A stretch of 59,509 nucleotides of DNA, the filler included, from Sphacelaria rigidula (taxonomy: Eukaryota), in the NCBI GenBank assembly GCA_964200075.2. It is 6 parts of 6 records of this genome, joined end to end, with 100 filler letters (N's around TTAATTAATTAA, not from the genome) between each part and the next. Parts side by side here need not be neighbours in the genome. Positions count along the whole stretch, not along the records: positions 1 to 9,836 come from CAXNAA020007661.1; 5 more parts are not named here. One strand, given 5' to 3'. The notes beneath the pieces are model-generated. The model was not told the DNA's origin and made no database searches. It saw only the letters and a program-made list of their open reading frames with translations. The translations under genes and the position numbers were made by a program. Positions 1-9,936 of this stretch are shown here, piece by piece (positions within the stretch are counted from its first letter, which is position 1; every line of letters begins with the position of its first letter).

Positions 1-322
1 CGAAAGGGATGGTGGGGCAATGGTCAAACCACCAAGGCAAGCAACAAATGAGTACCCCCCCCCCCCCCCCCCCAGCCTCCATCGTCAATGGTCAAATGAC
101 TAAGGCAAGCAACAAATGAGTACGCCCCAGCCTCCATCGGATAAAATATGTGAAACGTTTTGTGTAATGTGTGGAAGAATCGTAGTGAGCGCCCAAATGT
201 TGGAAATGTCTCTACTAGGAGTAGGAATGGTGCTCCGTCTCGAAAGGGGTGCGTGGTCAGTGGTCAAATGACTAAGGCAAGTAAAAAATGAGTACGCCCT
301 CTCCCCTTCCCCCCATCCCTCT
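1..322 (+). mobile_element. Three tandem 5'-truncated 3' ends of a C-tailed non-LTR retroelement (1-73, 85-124, 140-~322)
   Basis: The shared terminus ...AAGGCAAGCAACAAATGAGTAC(G) is followed by C-rich tails. Copy 85-124 is flanked by a perfect 15-bp direct repeat CCCCAGCCTCCATCG (70-84, 125-139). The long copy reads ...NVWKNRSERPNVGNVSTRSRNGAPSRKGCVVSGQMTKASKK*, resembling a LINE ORF2 C-terminus. Confidence 0.75.
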
Positions 323-426
323 CTTGCATAGGCCGGAGCATGCGGTGAGTCGTTGCCCGCTTGCTCTATCTACCTCATTCCGGAGCACAACAAAGGCAAT
401 GCTACATACAAGGACGATACCTGCAA

Positions 427-586
427 GGAATAAATTCCACACCCTGGACAATAGATTACATTGTCAAAAAAAATGTACTGGATACTGTATGGAATCTAAT
501 GTCTATTGCAATAGACGTAATAGTCAATACTATACGCAGTACACTTTTTGCCAATGTAATCTATTGTCCAGCGTATGATAAATTCC
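427..586. mobile_element. Short foldback MITE (same family as 23592-23777)
   Basis: Inverted arms CCTGGACAATAGATTACATTG...TGTACTG and CAGTACA...CAATGTAATCTATTGTCCAG. Shares ATTCCACACCYTGGACAATA with the copy at 23592. Confidence 0.65.
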
Positions 587-756
587 GGTAGTTTTTTCTC
601 GTGAAGGAAATGCACCATGTCAATTGCCTCGTCTAAAATGCTTTTTGGGACACCATCTGACTCGCAAGAGCGCCGTTAACTTGACGCGCAAGTATGCGTT
701 CCAACTTTTGTTAGACCTGGCGCTTAGCAGCACGGAGCAATTAGTTTGCCGGCTTC

Positions 757-869
757 TATATTTGTATATCTATTTATCTATCTATCTATATGTCTGTCTG
801 TCTATCCAACTATCTATTTGTCTATCTATCTATCTATCTATCTATTTACCTTTGTGTATACATCTATCC
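757..869. repeat. Degenerate (TATC)n microsatellite
   Basis: Read directly from the sequence. Confidence 0.85.
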
Positions 870-1260
870 AACCCTTTGGCCATAAACAACATATTCTCGG
901 ACGTTTTCCGCTGTATGTAGCAGGAGTAAGCGTACACACACCAAAATCAATGCACAGAAGTCTTAGTTCATCGGCATTCACAGTAGTACGTACATGCGAT
1001 ATACAGACTGAAATGGACTGCGTCGAGGAATACAAATATAATAGCACACCACAACATACATAAATACCTTCAGTTGTATATACTATAGAACGTCTCACAA
1101 ACGCATATGCGTACGCATAGATGTACTCATTGCAAGGATTTCCTCGCACCCATGCAGTTATTATTACCATTATTACCATTGAAATACTTGTTTGACCCGT
1201 GATAAATATGTGTAATTTAATTTGCAATAAATTAATGATGGTGGTAGAGATGATGATGAT

Positions 1261-1275
1261 AATAACAATAAAAAT

Positions 1276-1331
<56 letters not shown>
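1261..1331. repeat. (AAC)n microsatellite at the 5' end of a SPAG6 intron
   Basis: Read directly; lies about 10 nt from the donor site at 1340. Confidence 0.9.
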
Positions 1332-1332
<1 letters not shown>

Positions 1333-1340
1333 TATAATAC

Positions 1341-1552
1341 CTGGCGTTTGAGCTTCGAGTCTGGATGCATGATGAGGGGGGACAGGTAGGCCACGGCTCC
1401 CGCATCCACCACAGCTTGCGCCAATTCCGGCGTGTGCTTACAGACGTCGCTCATGGCGGATGCTGATATGCGCTTGAGAGTGATCTCGGGCTCTTGGAGG
1501 CACAGCACCAAAAGCGGCACCGTTCCGGCATCGAGAACGTTTTGCGCCAGAT
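1341..1552 (-). CDS. SPAG6: SPAG6/PF16 armadillo-repeat axonemal central apparatus protein, internal exon (third visible)
   Basis: Encodes (D)LAQNVLDAGTVPLLVLCLQEPEITLKRISASAMSDVCKHTPELAQAVVDAGAVAYLSPLIMHPDSKLKRQ, closely matching SPAG6. Acceptor ccgccag|AT (phase 1) and donor CAG|gtatta. Confidence 0.93.
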
Positions 1553-2611
1553 CTGGCGGACAAGGATAGTGTACCGCGCGGTCTCTTCGTCAATGCGCTT
1601 TGCACACCGTACACTGTTGTTGTCCCGCATTAACCCGAAGGTGGGAAAAATACACGGACGCTCACCTCGAACGGCTCGGTCAAGCAAGTTGTACATGACG
1701 TTTCTCCCTCATGATGGTAAGAAGTGCGTGGCATGTACAATCGATTCATTCAAATTGCAGTGCAGGGGATGAGTATGCGTCCATTATTCACCCCGGTATT
1801 CACGGAAGGTAGGAAACAGGTACCTTTGACATGTACTGCGCGACGCACGAGCTGAGAAGCTGTAAAAATTACAAATGATGTACGAATCGTATGATTTATT
1901 CGTTGGAACGATGACTGTGAGTTGAGTCACGATTTTTGTCGTCCTAACGGTGAAGCCAAACCAAATCAAACCAGTACAAACAAAACAGGAAGGGAAGAGG
2001 AGAGGAAACACGTATGTATGTATGTATGTATGTGTATATGTGGAGAGCCATAACGGTTCTCATCTTCGAAGGGTTGCGGGATTTTCGAACCGAATGATTG
2101 ATGGAATAGGGCTATCTCTATTTCTATTTACAAGGGAGACAAAAGCACAACTAGCTGCAGTACTCCAATCTGTTCTTTACTGCTCTATCAAGAGGGCAAG
2201 ATGGGTAAGGAACGCGCATGGACTGTGAGGGGAGCGTGGCCGAGGAAGCCCTGCGAAGGGAGCCTGGCGAGCCACGTACATATGATGATATGGTGGTGTA
2301 CGCAAATACCTCCATTTTTCAGATGTGGAGTGGGTGCTTTCGGTTTACACAAAGTTCGGCCGTTTCGGGTATTTCGTTTCTTGCAACAAACATTAACCCC
2401 CAAAAATATTCGTATACACTATACTTGCCGTCCAACGAGAACTTTCCAAACGATAACGAACAGAAGAACAGGCAATTGGAGGAAGACATGACACCACAAG
2501 AACCAGCTGTAGACACGCAAATAGACAAGGGACGATCTGCCGCGGATGGTTTCGAGTTGAAACTCTGATACGGAAGGATGAGATGATCCAAGAGAGTGTC
2601 GTCTTCCTTAC

Positions 2612-2678
2612 CGGCCGTGTGTTGTGCGATGTACCCAATAGCCCACGCAGCCGCTTCCTTTACCGTGGGGTCAAACTC
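2612..2678 (-). CDS. SPAG6: SPAG6/PF16 internal exon (second visible)
   Basis: EFDPTVKEAAAWAIGYIAQHTA (compare SPAG6 DFDPGVKEAAAWALRYIARHNA). Acceptor cgcag|GAG and donor G|gtaagg; phases join both neighbouring exons in frame. Confidence 0.93.
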
Positions 2679-4521
2679 CTGCGTCGCGGACAAGATGGTA
2701 CGGCGGTGCGGTGTGCATTCGGTGTGTATGTGACGACAAGCTTCTCCTCTTTATTGGTATGTTCGATCTTGCCCTGTACAGTATATATTTCTCATCTCCA
2801 CAGTTTGTATACTACAGCTCGTTTTCTATTGGTAACGCTAGAAAACAAAACGACTTCTTTTTCAGGCAGAAGGATGACGTACATAACATACAGAAACGCC
2901 TTGCTTGTAGAACATGACTGGTCATTTTCCACCACGCATGTATCCATCAGACTCGATCACTTGTTGCCTCAAGGTTGTCACAGGATACTGGGACCAGCAG
3001 AATTTTCCCAAAAAGTTTGCAACACAGTTAACTGTGTGATATGCTCTGGCTTATACGTGAGAAAAGCATGGCCAAGGGGCGTAGGCGGAGACACAGCCAC
3101 TCATGTAGTGGAATTTTCTGGGAAAATAATAAACACTTGGTCGCACTTCGTCGAAACTGTACGTTCACCAGTCCGCGCAATGGTACGAGTATCCAGATGT
3201 CAGCTTTTCCAGTCCTGCACGAACCAAGGCGTTAACCGTGTGTATGCTGTTTTAGATATATACGAAGTATATTGGTGTATATTTTCGTATGAATACATAC
3301 ACCCACCGGTGTAGTTATCACGAAACGTCATGGAGTGCATGCAGGGTGCGCGGCCGACATTTTTTTTTTACATGTATAATAGTATGCGCTCTGTCGTGTT
3401 AATTTTTCTTCTTTTTTATACGCTTTTTTTTCTCGTGTTTTGTTCTTCACTTCGCGGAAAAAGCAAATATATGTACAGTATGGGAGGTATATTCCTCTTC
3501 GCTGCGTAGGAATATACAGTCTCGGCATTGTGCTTCGACTATAATGCTCGCGCCGTTATGACTTCCGTCACTGTCTGCCTGATCAAAGTGACGACGTATA
3601 CGTGTTCTATTTTATGCATTGTATAAGTTTGTGCTCCCTTTGCTGCGAACCGAAAACACATCGAGCGATCTTGAGCACGCTTCTTCGCTGTTCGCTGGTG
3701 TTTCGCTTACGTACGCAAGGGTTTGCCGCCGACGTTCAATGGATCGAATTTTTTCCAGGATACATGAGAGCTCGGGGGTAGTAGTATGCGACAATATCCC
3801 GTCGCAGTACGGTACATTACTACACACTCCGAGGGCCGGAGCTCATAAAAGATTAGGGAGGCGCGTGCACTGCGCCAAGTTGAAGGGGGGAGGAGGGGTT
3901 GGTGGGTCAGATGCCCACACTGCCTCGAGCAAAGCTTGCGAAGGCTCACCCACATGACTGCCGCGAGGCAGTCTAGCCGAGTCTCAGGGTGATCGGCACA
4001 CGAACCCGCTTGCGCGGTAAGTGTTGGGGTCAGGTTTCCTCTCCTTTCTTGAAGAAAAAAAATGAAAAATCATTGGACACTGTTGATAAAAAAACCAGAA
4101 AGAACGCAATTCGGCCGGTGCGACACGGAAAACAGAATGTACACTAACGCCAAGTGAAGATGGAATCCCAGCTTGTCAGTGCTCGAGGGAAGGCAAAACC
4201 TGACCATGTAACGGTGCATGATTAGACACAAGCTTGCTCGTGGTGTGCAACTGTACGGTCCTGCCATGGGCTATAGTATGTCGTTAACCCTTTGATCGCC
4301 AGTGTAGGTCATCTGGGTCACGCCGTTGTTTTTTCAAATGACAGTGGTGCCGACCACGTAAACATTCACACTAATATCCAAGCACACCGAGCAACCCTTA
4401 TTGGAAGTTTTTGCTTTCTGGGGCAGCACTAGTACAGTAGTACAGTACAGACAGTAGGATGAGTGAAGAACAGCAGCACAGAGCTCTGAGCAGGGGAACA
4501 TTGCCCCGGGAGGAGAGAGCG

Positions 4522-4865
4522 TTAACCCTTTAACCGCTTGAGGTGTCCGTTCTGTGGAATCGGCATTATTCTCACTTGAAAAAGGGGTAACAAAACATAT
4601 GATGCAGATTCCACAACATGGACACGTCCAGCGGTCAAAAGGTTACGACTAGTCACCAGAGGAACAGAGACGAGCGAACAGATTAGCCCTTTTGGGACTT
4701 GACGCCCCCCCCCCCCCAACAACAACCAGCTGTGAGTGTCCATTGTGAATCGACATCGTTTTCACTTGAAGAACAACTGAAATTGATGCAGATTCTCATC
4801 TTTGGCCCACCGCTCGCTGTCAAACGGTAACAACCCTGGTTATGGGGGGGTCCTAAAAGAGTTAA
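4522..4865. mobile_element. TTAA-flanked (piggyBac-like) non-autonomous element, degenerate
   Basis: TTAACCCTTT...AAAAGAGTTAA termini, with the internal AATCGGCAT..TTTCACTTGAA motif of the family. It interrupts a repeat that is seen uninterrupted near 6650-6790. Confidence 0.55.
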
Positions 4866-5004
4866 CGCGCACAACGCATCGAGCGGAACGCATCGCAGAG
4901 CCATGCAGAACACAGCGTGGGAAGCAAATGTACTCTACACTCAAGTCGAAGCAGGACGCACCCTGAGGTCGAGCGAAATGTGCAAGGGTCGGACAAATTA
5001 AAGC

Positions 5005-5150
5005 ACTACTGCTACTACCACTACTTCCACCACCACTTCTTCTATTACGATACGACTACGACTACCACCACTATAACTACTACCGCCACTACTGCTACTA
5101 CTGCCACCACCACGACCACCACCACTCCTGCTACTAGTACCACTACCATT
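5005..5150. repeat. Degenerate (ACT/ACC)n trinucleotide repeat
   Basis: Read directly; it produces the spurious poly-Thr and poly-Val ORFs. Confidence 0.85.
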
Positions 5151-5636
5151 ATGACCCCCACCCTCACCCTCATCGTCGCTTGCATGGTGATCGACCGTTT
5201 CACAATGACTGGTCCACTAAGAATCCAGCCGTGTTCACAAGCTAGTCGTTGCCGTACCCGTACCCCAGGTGCACAGGCGGACAGCACGCTCACTATCGGA
5301 AACTCGGGCACAAAAAGGGATCACAAACAAGATCACAAATCAGAAGACAACAAGAAGACAAAACAACATTGATTCGTACCGTACGAATCAATCCTTGGGC
5401 TTTGTTTTCAGCGTTGCAACCCAGGTACGCGCAGCCCAGGCACGTGGAATGGCGCAAAAATTGCGTGGAGATCTTTTTGACCAGCGGACAACTTTTTTCT
5501 CTGTTTTGAGCAATTAGGCCTGAAAAATCGTGGGGGTTGGTGATTCGATCCGGCGATGATTCATCCAAACCGTGGAATGTGGCTTGCCCTGATCCGCGCT
5601 CGATTCCACAGAACGATATCTCCGGCGGTCGAAGGA

Positions 5637-5744
5637 TTAACCCTGTGACGGCCAGTATAGGTCATATCTACTGGATTGAAAACACGTTAACTTTGAAAAA
5701 TGAACGCAAGACCCAGATGACTTAGCCGGATGGTAGAAGGCTTA
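5637..5744. mobile_element. Degenerate ~105-bp TTAA MITE
   Basis: TTAACCCTGTGACGGCC..TAGGTCAT...AGATGACTTAG..AAGGCTTAA, resembling the copies at 21223 and 23229. Confidence 0.5.
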
Positions 5745-5824
5745 ACGCTCTCCTCTTGGGCCAATCTCTACACTTTTTGTTTTCCAGTTCTGAGGTGAAA
5801 ACGACACCGACTACGCAAATAAGT

Positions 5825-6513
5825 GGGTGTCCTCGAAAATTGGGTTCAACATTGCGGCAAGGTTGAACCTGCTTCCGGAATTTCGCCATTCTTGTATAAT
5901 AATTCGAACAACGAATGCACTTTTGATTATTGTAGTCTATTTGTGTTAAAAGCTAAGAGAGTCTGGCTGGGTATGTGAAATAATGATGGATGGAATCAAA
6001 ACTAACTTGTTTTTCGAAAGCATAAAAATGGCTGAGAAAAGCTGAGAGAAGGCGCTTACGTCGGCTTTTCAAGGGCGTGAAGAAATGCAATCGTAACACT
6101 TTTTAAAGCCCCCAGGAGAAATCGTAAAGCACAGACACCTCCATCAAACGTTTCCAGCAACGAAATTGCGATCCAGAAACCTTTCGTCACCTGAAATACC
6201 ACCCCCTACATACAATTATTTCCGGAGATGTTTGAGAAAACTGTAGCCTCGTATTTCTTCACGCCCTTGAGAAGCCGACGAAAGTGCCTTACTATCTCAG
6301 CTTTTCGCGGCCGTTTTGAGGCTTTTGAGAAAGATTTATTTTCAATTCCATCAATTGTTGTTCCACATACCCAGCCGCGCGCCTTAGCCTTTTGAACACA
6401 AATACACTAGCCAAAAGTGCTTTCGGTAATCAAACTATTCACACAAAAATGGCGAAATTCCAACAGTGGGTTCAACATCACCGTGCTGTCGAACCCCGTT
6501 CTCGAGGAGACCC
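5825..6513. mobile_element. Foldback element with ~290-bp imperfect inverted arms
   Basis: Paired arm segments include GGAATTTCGCCATT / AATGGCGAAATTCC, GGCTGGGTATGTG / CACATACCCAGCC and AAGGGCGTGAAGAAAT / ATTTCTTCACGCCCTT. Confidence 0.8.
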
Positions 6514-8354
6514 TCTTGAATGGACATCTCCGGTGGTCAAAGGGTCAAAACGGTCACCGTCAACCCGAGAGTAGGTCACAGGTGACAACAATTGGAATCG
6601 CCGCAACCAGAAAAAGTAGCCGGAAGCTACGGCTAGTTGCCCGAAGGACAGAGAAGAGCGGATAGATAAACACGCGCAACGCATCAAACGGAACGCACCG
6701 CAGCGCCATGGAAATACAGCGCAGGAAGTAAATCTACTCTGAGCCCAAGTAGAAACAGCACACTCTGGAGTCAAAACTCGAAGTGTGGCTCGTCAGCGCT
6801 CGGGAGATGGCAAAAAAAAATACTCTCTAAAATCAAGTAAAGATGGAAGGGTGGCCTGTCAGCGCACGGCGGATGACAATGCTGGCCTGTTAGCAGCCCA
6901 GCGATTTTTTCTGCTGAATTACCAGGACAAGGATAAATGGCATGACTGTCATGATGCCCTACTTGATCTCTTGCGCGTCCACGAGGTAGCAGGCCGCTTC
7001 TTTTTTTCTTCCTTTTCAGCCGAGGGTTCGAATATCTGTTATTGGTGGAGACGCAACGCCTGCCAAGAACAGTCGTTGCCACGCACATGCGCGCGTCGCA
7101 GACATCACAGCACTACCGCAGTACGGTGCAGTTTGTAGAATAGTTTCTTGCGCATGGCAGGGCCGCCAGCACCACCGTCTCAAAAAAATTAGCAGAACAG
7201 CACGGTACAGTAGCCGCGATCGCGCCAATATTGTGAATGATGCCTCGATACCCCCCCTCCCCCCAAGTCAGCCCAAACAATGTCACGAAAAAAATAGTCA
7301 TACAGCGCATGATAGCCGGTTTCAGGCTGCACGAAGGGCCTCATATGGCCGCCTTTACCAAAACGATCCCAAGCGTGGGAGTTCCCAGCTGGTCGGTGTA
7401 CTCGGGTGTTTTTCGTCATTTTTATTTGTATGTGAGGTTTGCCTCCTCAAACCACTCACTTTTCTGGAGGGGAGGGGACGGGGGGCTATCGCGGCATCAG
7501 TCGTGTTGTACCCGCGTGCACATGGTCGACACACATAACTAATCTGTTTGAACCGCCTGTCGCTCAACAGCTGAAGGGTGCGGCGCATTTGGTGGGGGGT
7601 GTACGTACGTGCCGTAGGCGGAGTGCCCGGGTGTGGCTGGGTGCTGTTTAATTCGGGCCGGATGTTCGACGAAGTTCCCCCCCTAGACCCAACAGCCCAT
7701 TGAGCAGGATGTACACACACAGTGACGCGCACACGAGCAACACGCATGGGACCTCATTGGTGACCTTGTCCTTCCTACACACCCCAGGCTCTATCCACAG
7801 CTGTCTGGGGATAGGCCTTGAACAGGCACGGCCTACAAAACCTCCAGTCCACCCTCTCAACCATGTTGGGTTTGCTGCGATGCTATTCGTCAAGAAAATA
7901 CAAAATACGCGGAAACTGTTGAACCCATAGGCTGCGACCCTCCCCGCCGATGAGCTCAGATGGCTTAAGGCACACACTTGAGGTTCAGAAGAGTTGTTTC
8001 TTGGAATACAAAACGCCTTTTTTCATGAGCATGTAGATGCAGGGCATGTGTATACGAGTGACTGCTAGAGAATATCTAATCGCGTTTGAGACACATGACA
8101 CCTGCTTGTATATTACATGAATGTCTTCGCTCAGCTGTTTTCGTGGGATGCATGATTTGCAGATTTGCAGATCTGGAAATGGCGCACGCTGGCAGCCAGC
8201 ACTGCTGCGACATATGCAAATAATGTGCATCTTCCCATCTATGCTTTCGCGGAGTGCTGGTAAGTTCGGCGCAGAGTTGGCACACGTCGAGCGGGTTTTG
8301 ATCTTGCACGCATGCCACGTCGTCCCACCCGTACTTCCTGCTTTACAGTCTCTG

Positions 8355-8356
<2 letters not shown>

Positions 8357-8390
<34 letters not shown>

Positions 8391-8392
8391 TA
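8357..8392. repeat. (TGC)n microsatellite
   Basis: Read directly from the sequence. Confidence 0.9.
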
Positions 8393-9472
8393 CTTAACCG
8401 TACACGCAAAAAAATTCCATCATCAGTCAAGCATCAGTGGCTGGATACAACGCCAACGATATGAAGCAGTCAGCGTGTTATCACTCTCCACTGAATACAG
8501 TATACTGCACGCTGCTGCCCATATCTGCTTATTATAGTGTTTCACAACAACACTACAGGCGGCGTGAAGCCATGTTGACGGCAAAAGAGGTGCTAGGCAG
8601 GGGGCAAAGACTAGAACAAGCAGAGTAAAAAGCACGTCCTTTGCCCGTGTTTTCCCATGGTTGACTGGTCGCTACCCAGATGGTCAAATACATCTTCGCT
8701 GCGAGGGGGCCATCTATAGGTCATCTCTATGTAGGGGAACAAAGTGACCGTTCTGACCGATCGCAGCTATCATAGTGGGTCACGGTCCTCCTCTCGGGTT
8801 TTGTTCCTGGCCTAAATTTTTCCACGGGAAAATTCCGCAGACTTTGTGAGCTTTGCGGCTGTTCTGATAACAGGTACCCATCCCTTTCTCAAAACCCTCT
8901 CCCCCCTCCGCCTGGAAACCCCCGGATTTCCCTGGACTGTCGGCCGGCGAAACTGTTCCCAGCGCAAGCCTCAAGTCTAAGACCGTGTCTCGGCAAAGTA
9001 TTTTTAGATCGAAAAAAGTGCGGTGGACAAGAAAAAAAATGATCTGATGAGTCGTCATTTGAACATAAATGACGTAGACATGGATGACGTGGACATAAAT
9101 GACGACCTATCCTGACCTTCAGATCGAAATTTTCCTTTCCATCGAAATTTTCCGATAGGGAAGCAATTTGCGAAGACACGCCCTAAGGGCTGAGCACCCG
9201 AACGTCCTAGAACGTCCTAGAACGTCTTCCTCGGCTACAATATCGCCATCCTCCACGGGACTGTCAGGTCTCACTGCAGGATACGGGCGATAAAACTGTT
9301 AAGTACTGCTGCTATGATGATAATAGGATGGAATTTTTCAAATCGAGGTCTGAAGCTGATTTTAGGATGAACCGTGGGAGCCTTCATAAGCATCGACATA
9401 CTTATCAAAAACAAAATGCAAATCTTCTATTTAAAAGTGATGTGTTTCCGCGAAAAATATGACTCGACGTAC

Positions 9473-9587
9473 CTCGAGACAGGGTACGAGTGCATCCAAA
9501 GCTCCGGAGTCCACCACCGCCTGTGCAAGATCCGGGGAGTGCTTGGCAACCGCTCGTAGCACGAAGGCAGCCGCTTTCTTGTAGAAC
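9473..9587 (-). CDS. SPAG6: SPAG6/PF16 internal exon (first visible)
   Basis: (R)FYKKAAAFVLRAVAKHSPDLAQAVVDSGALDALVPCLE, near-identical to SPAG6. Acceptor gcacag|G and donor GAG|gtacgt. The N-terminal exons are not on this contig. Confidence 0.95.
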
Positions 9588-9607
9588 CTGTGCACACCGT
9601 CCCCCAA

Positions 9608-9787
9608 TATAAAACATTTTCGTGTCATGTATGGAAGAAACGTAATGGGCGCCAAAATAGTGTTGGAGGTGTGACTACTGGGAGCAGGAACGGTGCTCCG
9701 TCTCGAAAGAGGTGCGTGATTCATGGACAAACGACTAAGACAAGCAACAAATGAGCACGCCCCGCGCTCCCCCCGCCCCCCCCCCCC
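9608..9787 (+). mobile_element. 3' end of the C-tailed non-LTR retroelement, antisense within a SPAG6 intron
   Basis: Aligns with 140-300 (GGAAGAA.CGTA.TG.GCGCC..AAT...GGTGCTCCGTCTCGAAAG..GTGCGTG...CAAGCAACAAATGAG.ACG), followed by a C-rich tail. Confidence 0.75.
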
Positions 9788-9836
9788 AGGCCGCGTGGGC
9801 GTACAGTACAAAAGAACGATAGCGGTGCGGCGCCTG

Positions 9837-9936
9837 NNNNNNNNNNNNNNNNNNNNNNNNNNNNNNNNNNNNNNNNNNNNTTAATTAATTAANNNNNNNN
9901 NNNNNNNNNNNNNNNNNNNNNNNNNNNNNNNNNNNN
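9837..9936. other. Artificial 100-bp contig spacer
   Basis: N44-TTAATTAATTAA-N44, giving stop codons in all six frames. Confidence 0.97.

Noticed and set aside
4917-5372. Thr-rich and Val-rich ORFs; likewise YLSI (624-1063) and poly-Cys/Ser (8121-8537) ORFs
   Set aside because: They are generated by microsatellites inside SPAG6 introns.
9881-9892. TTAATTAATTAA as a biological piggyBac target or regulatory motif
   Set aside because: It is centred in N-runs and identical in all five spacers, so it is a six-frame stop linker.
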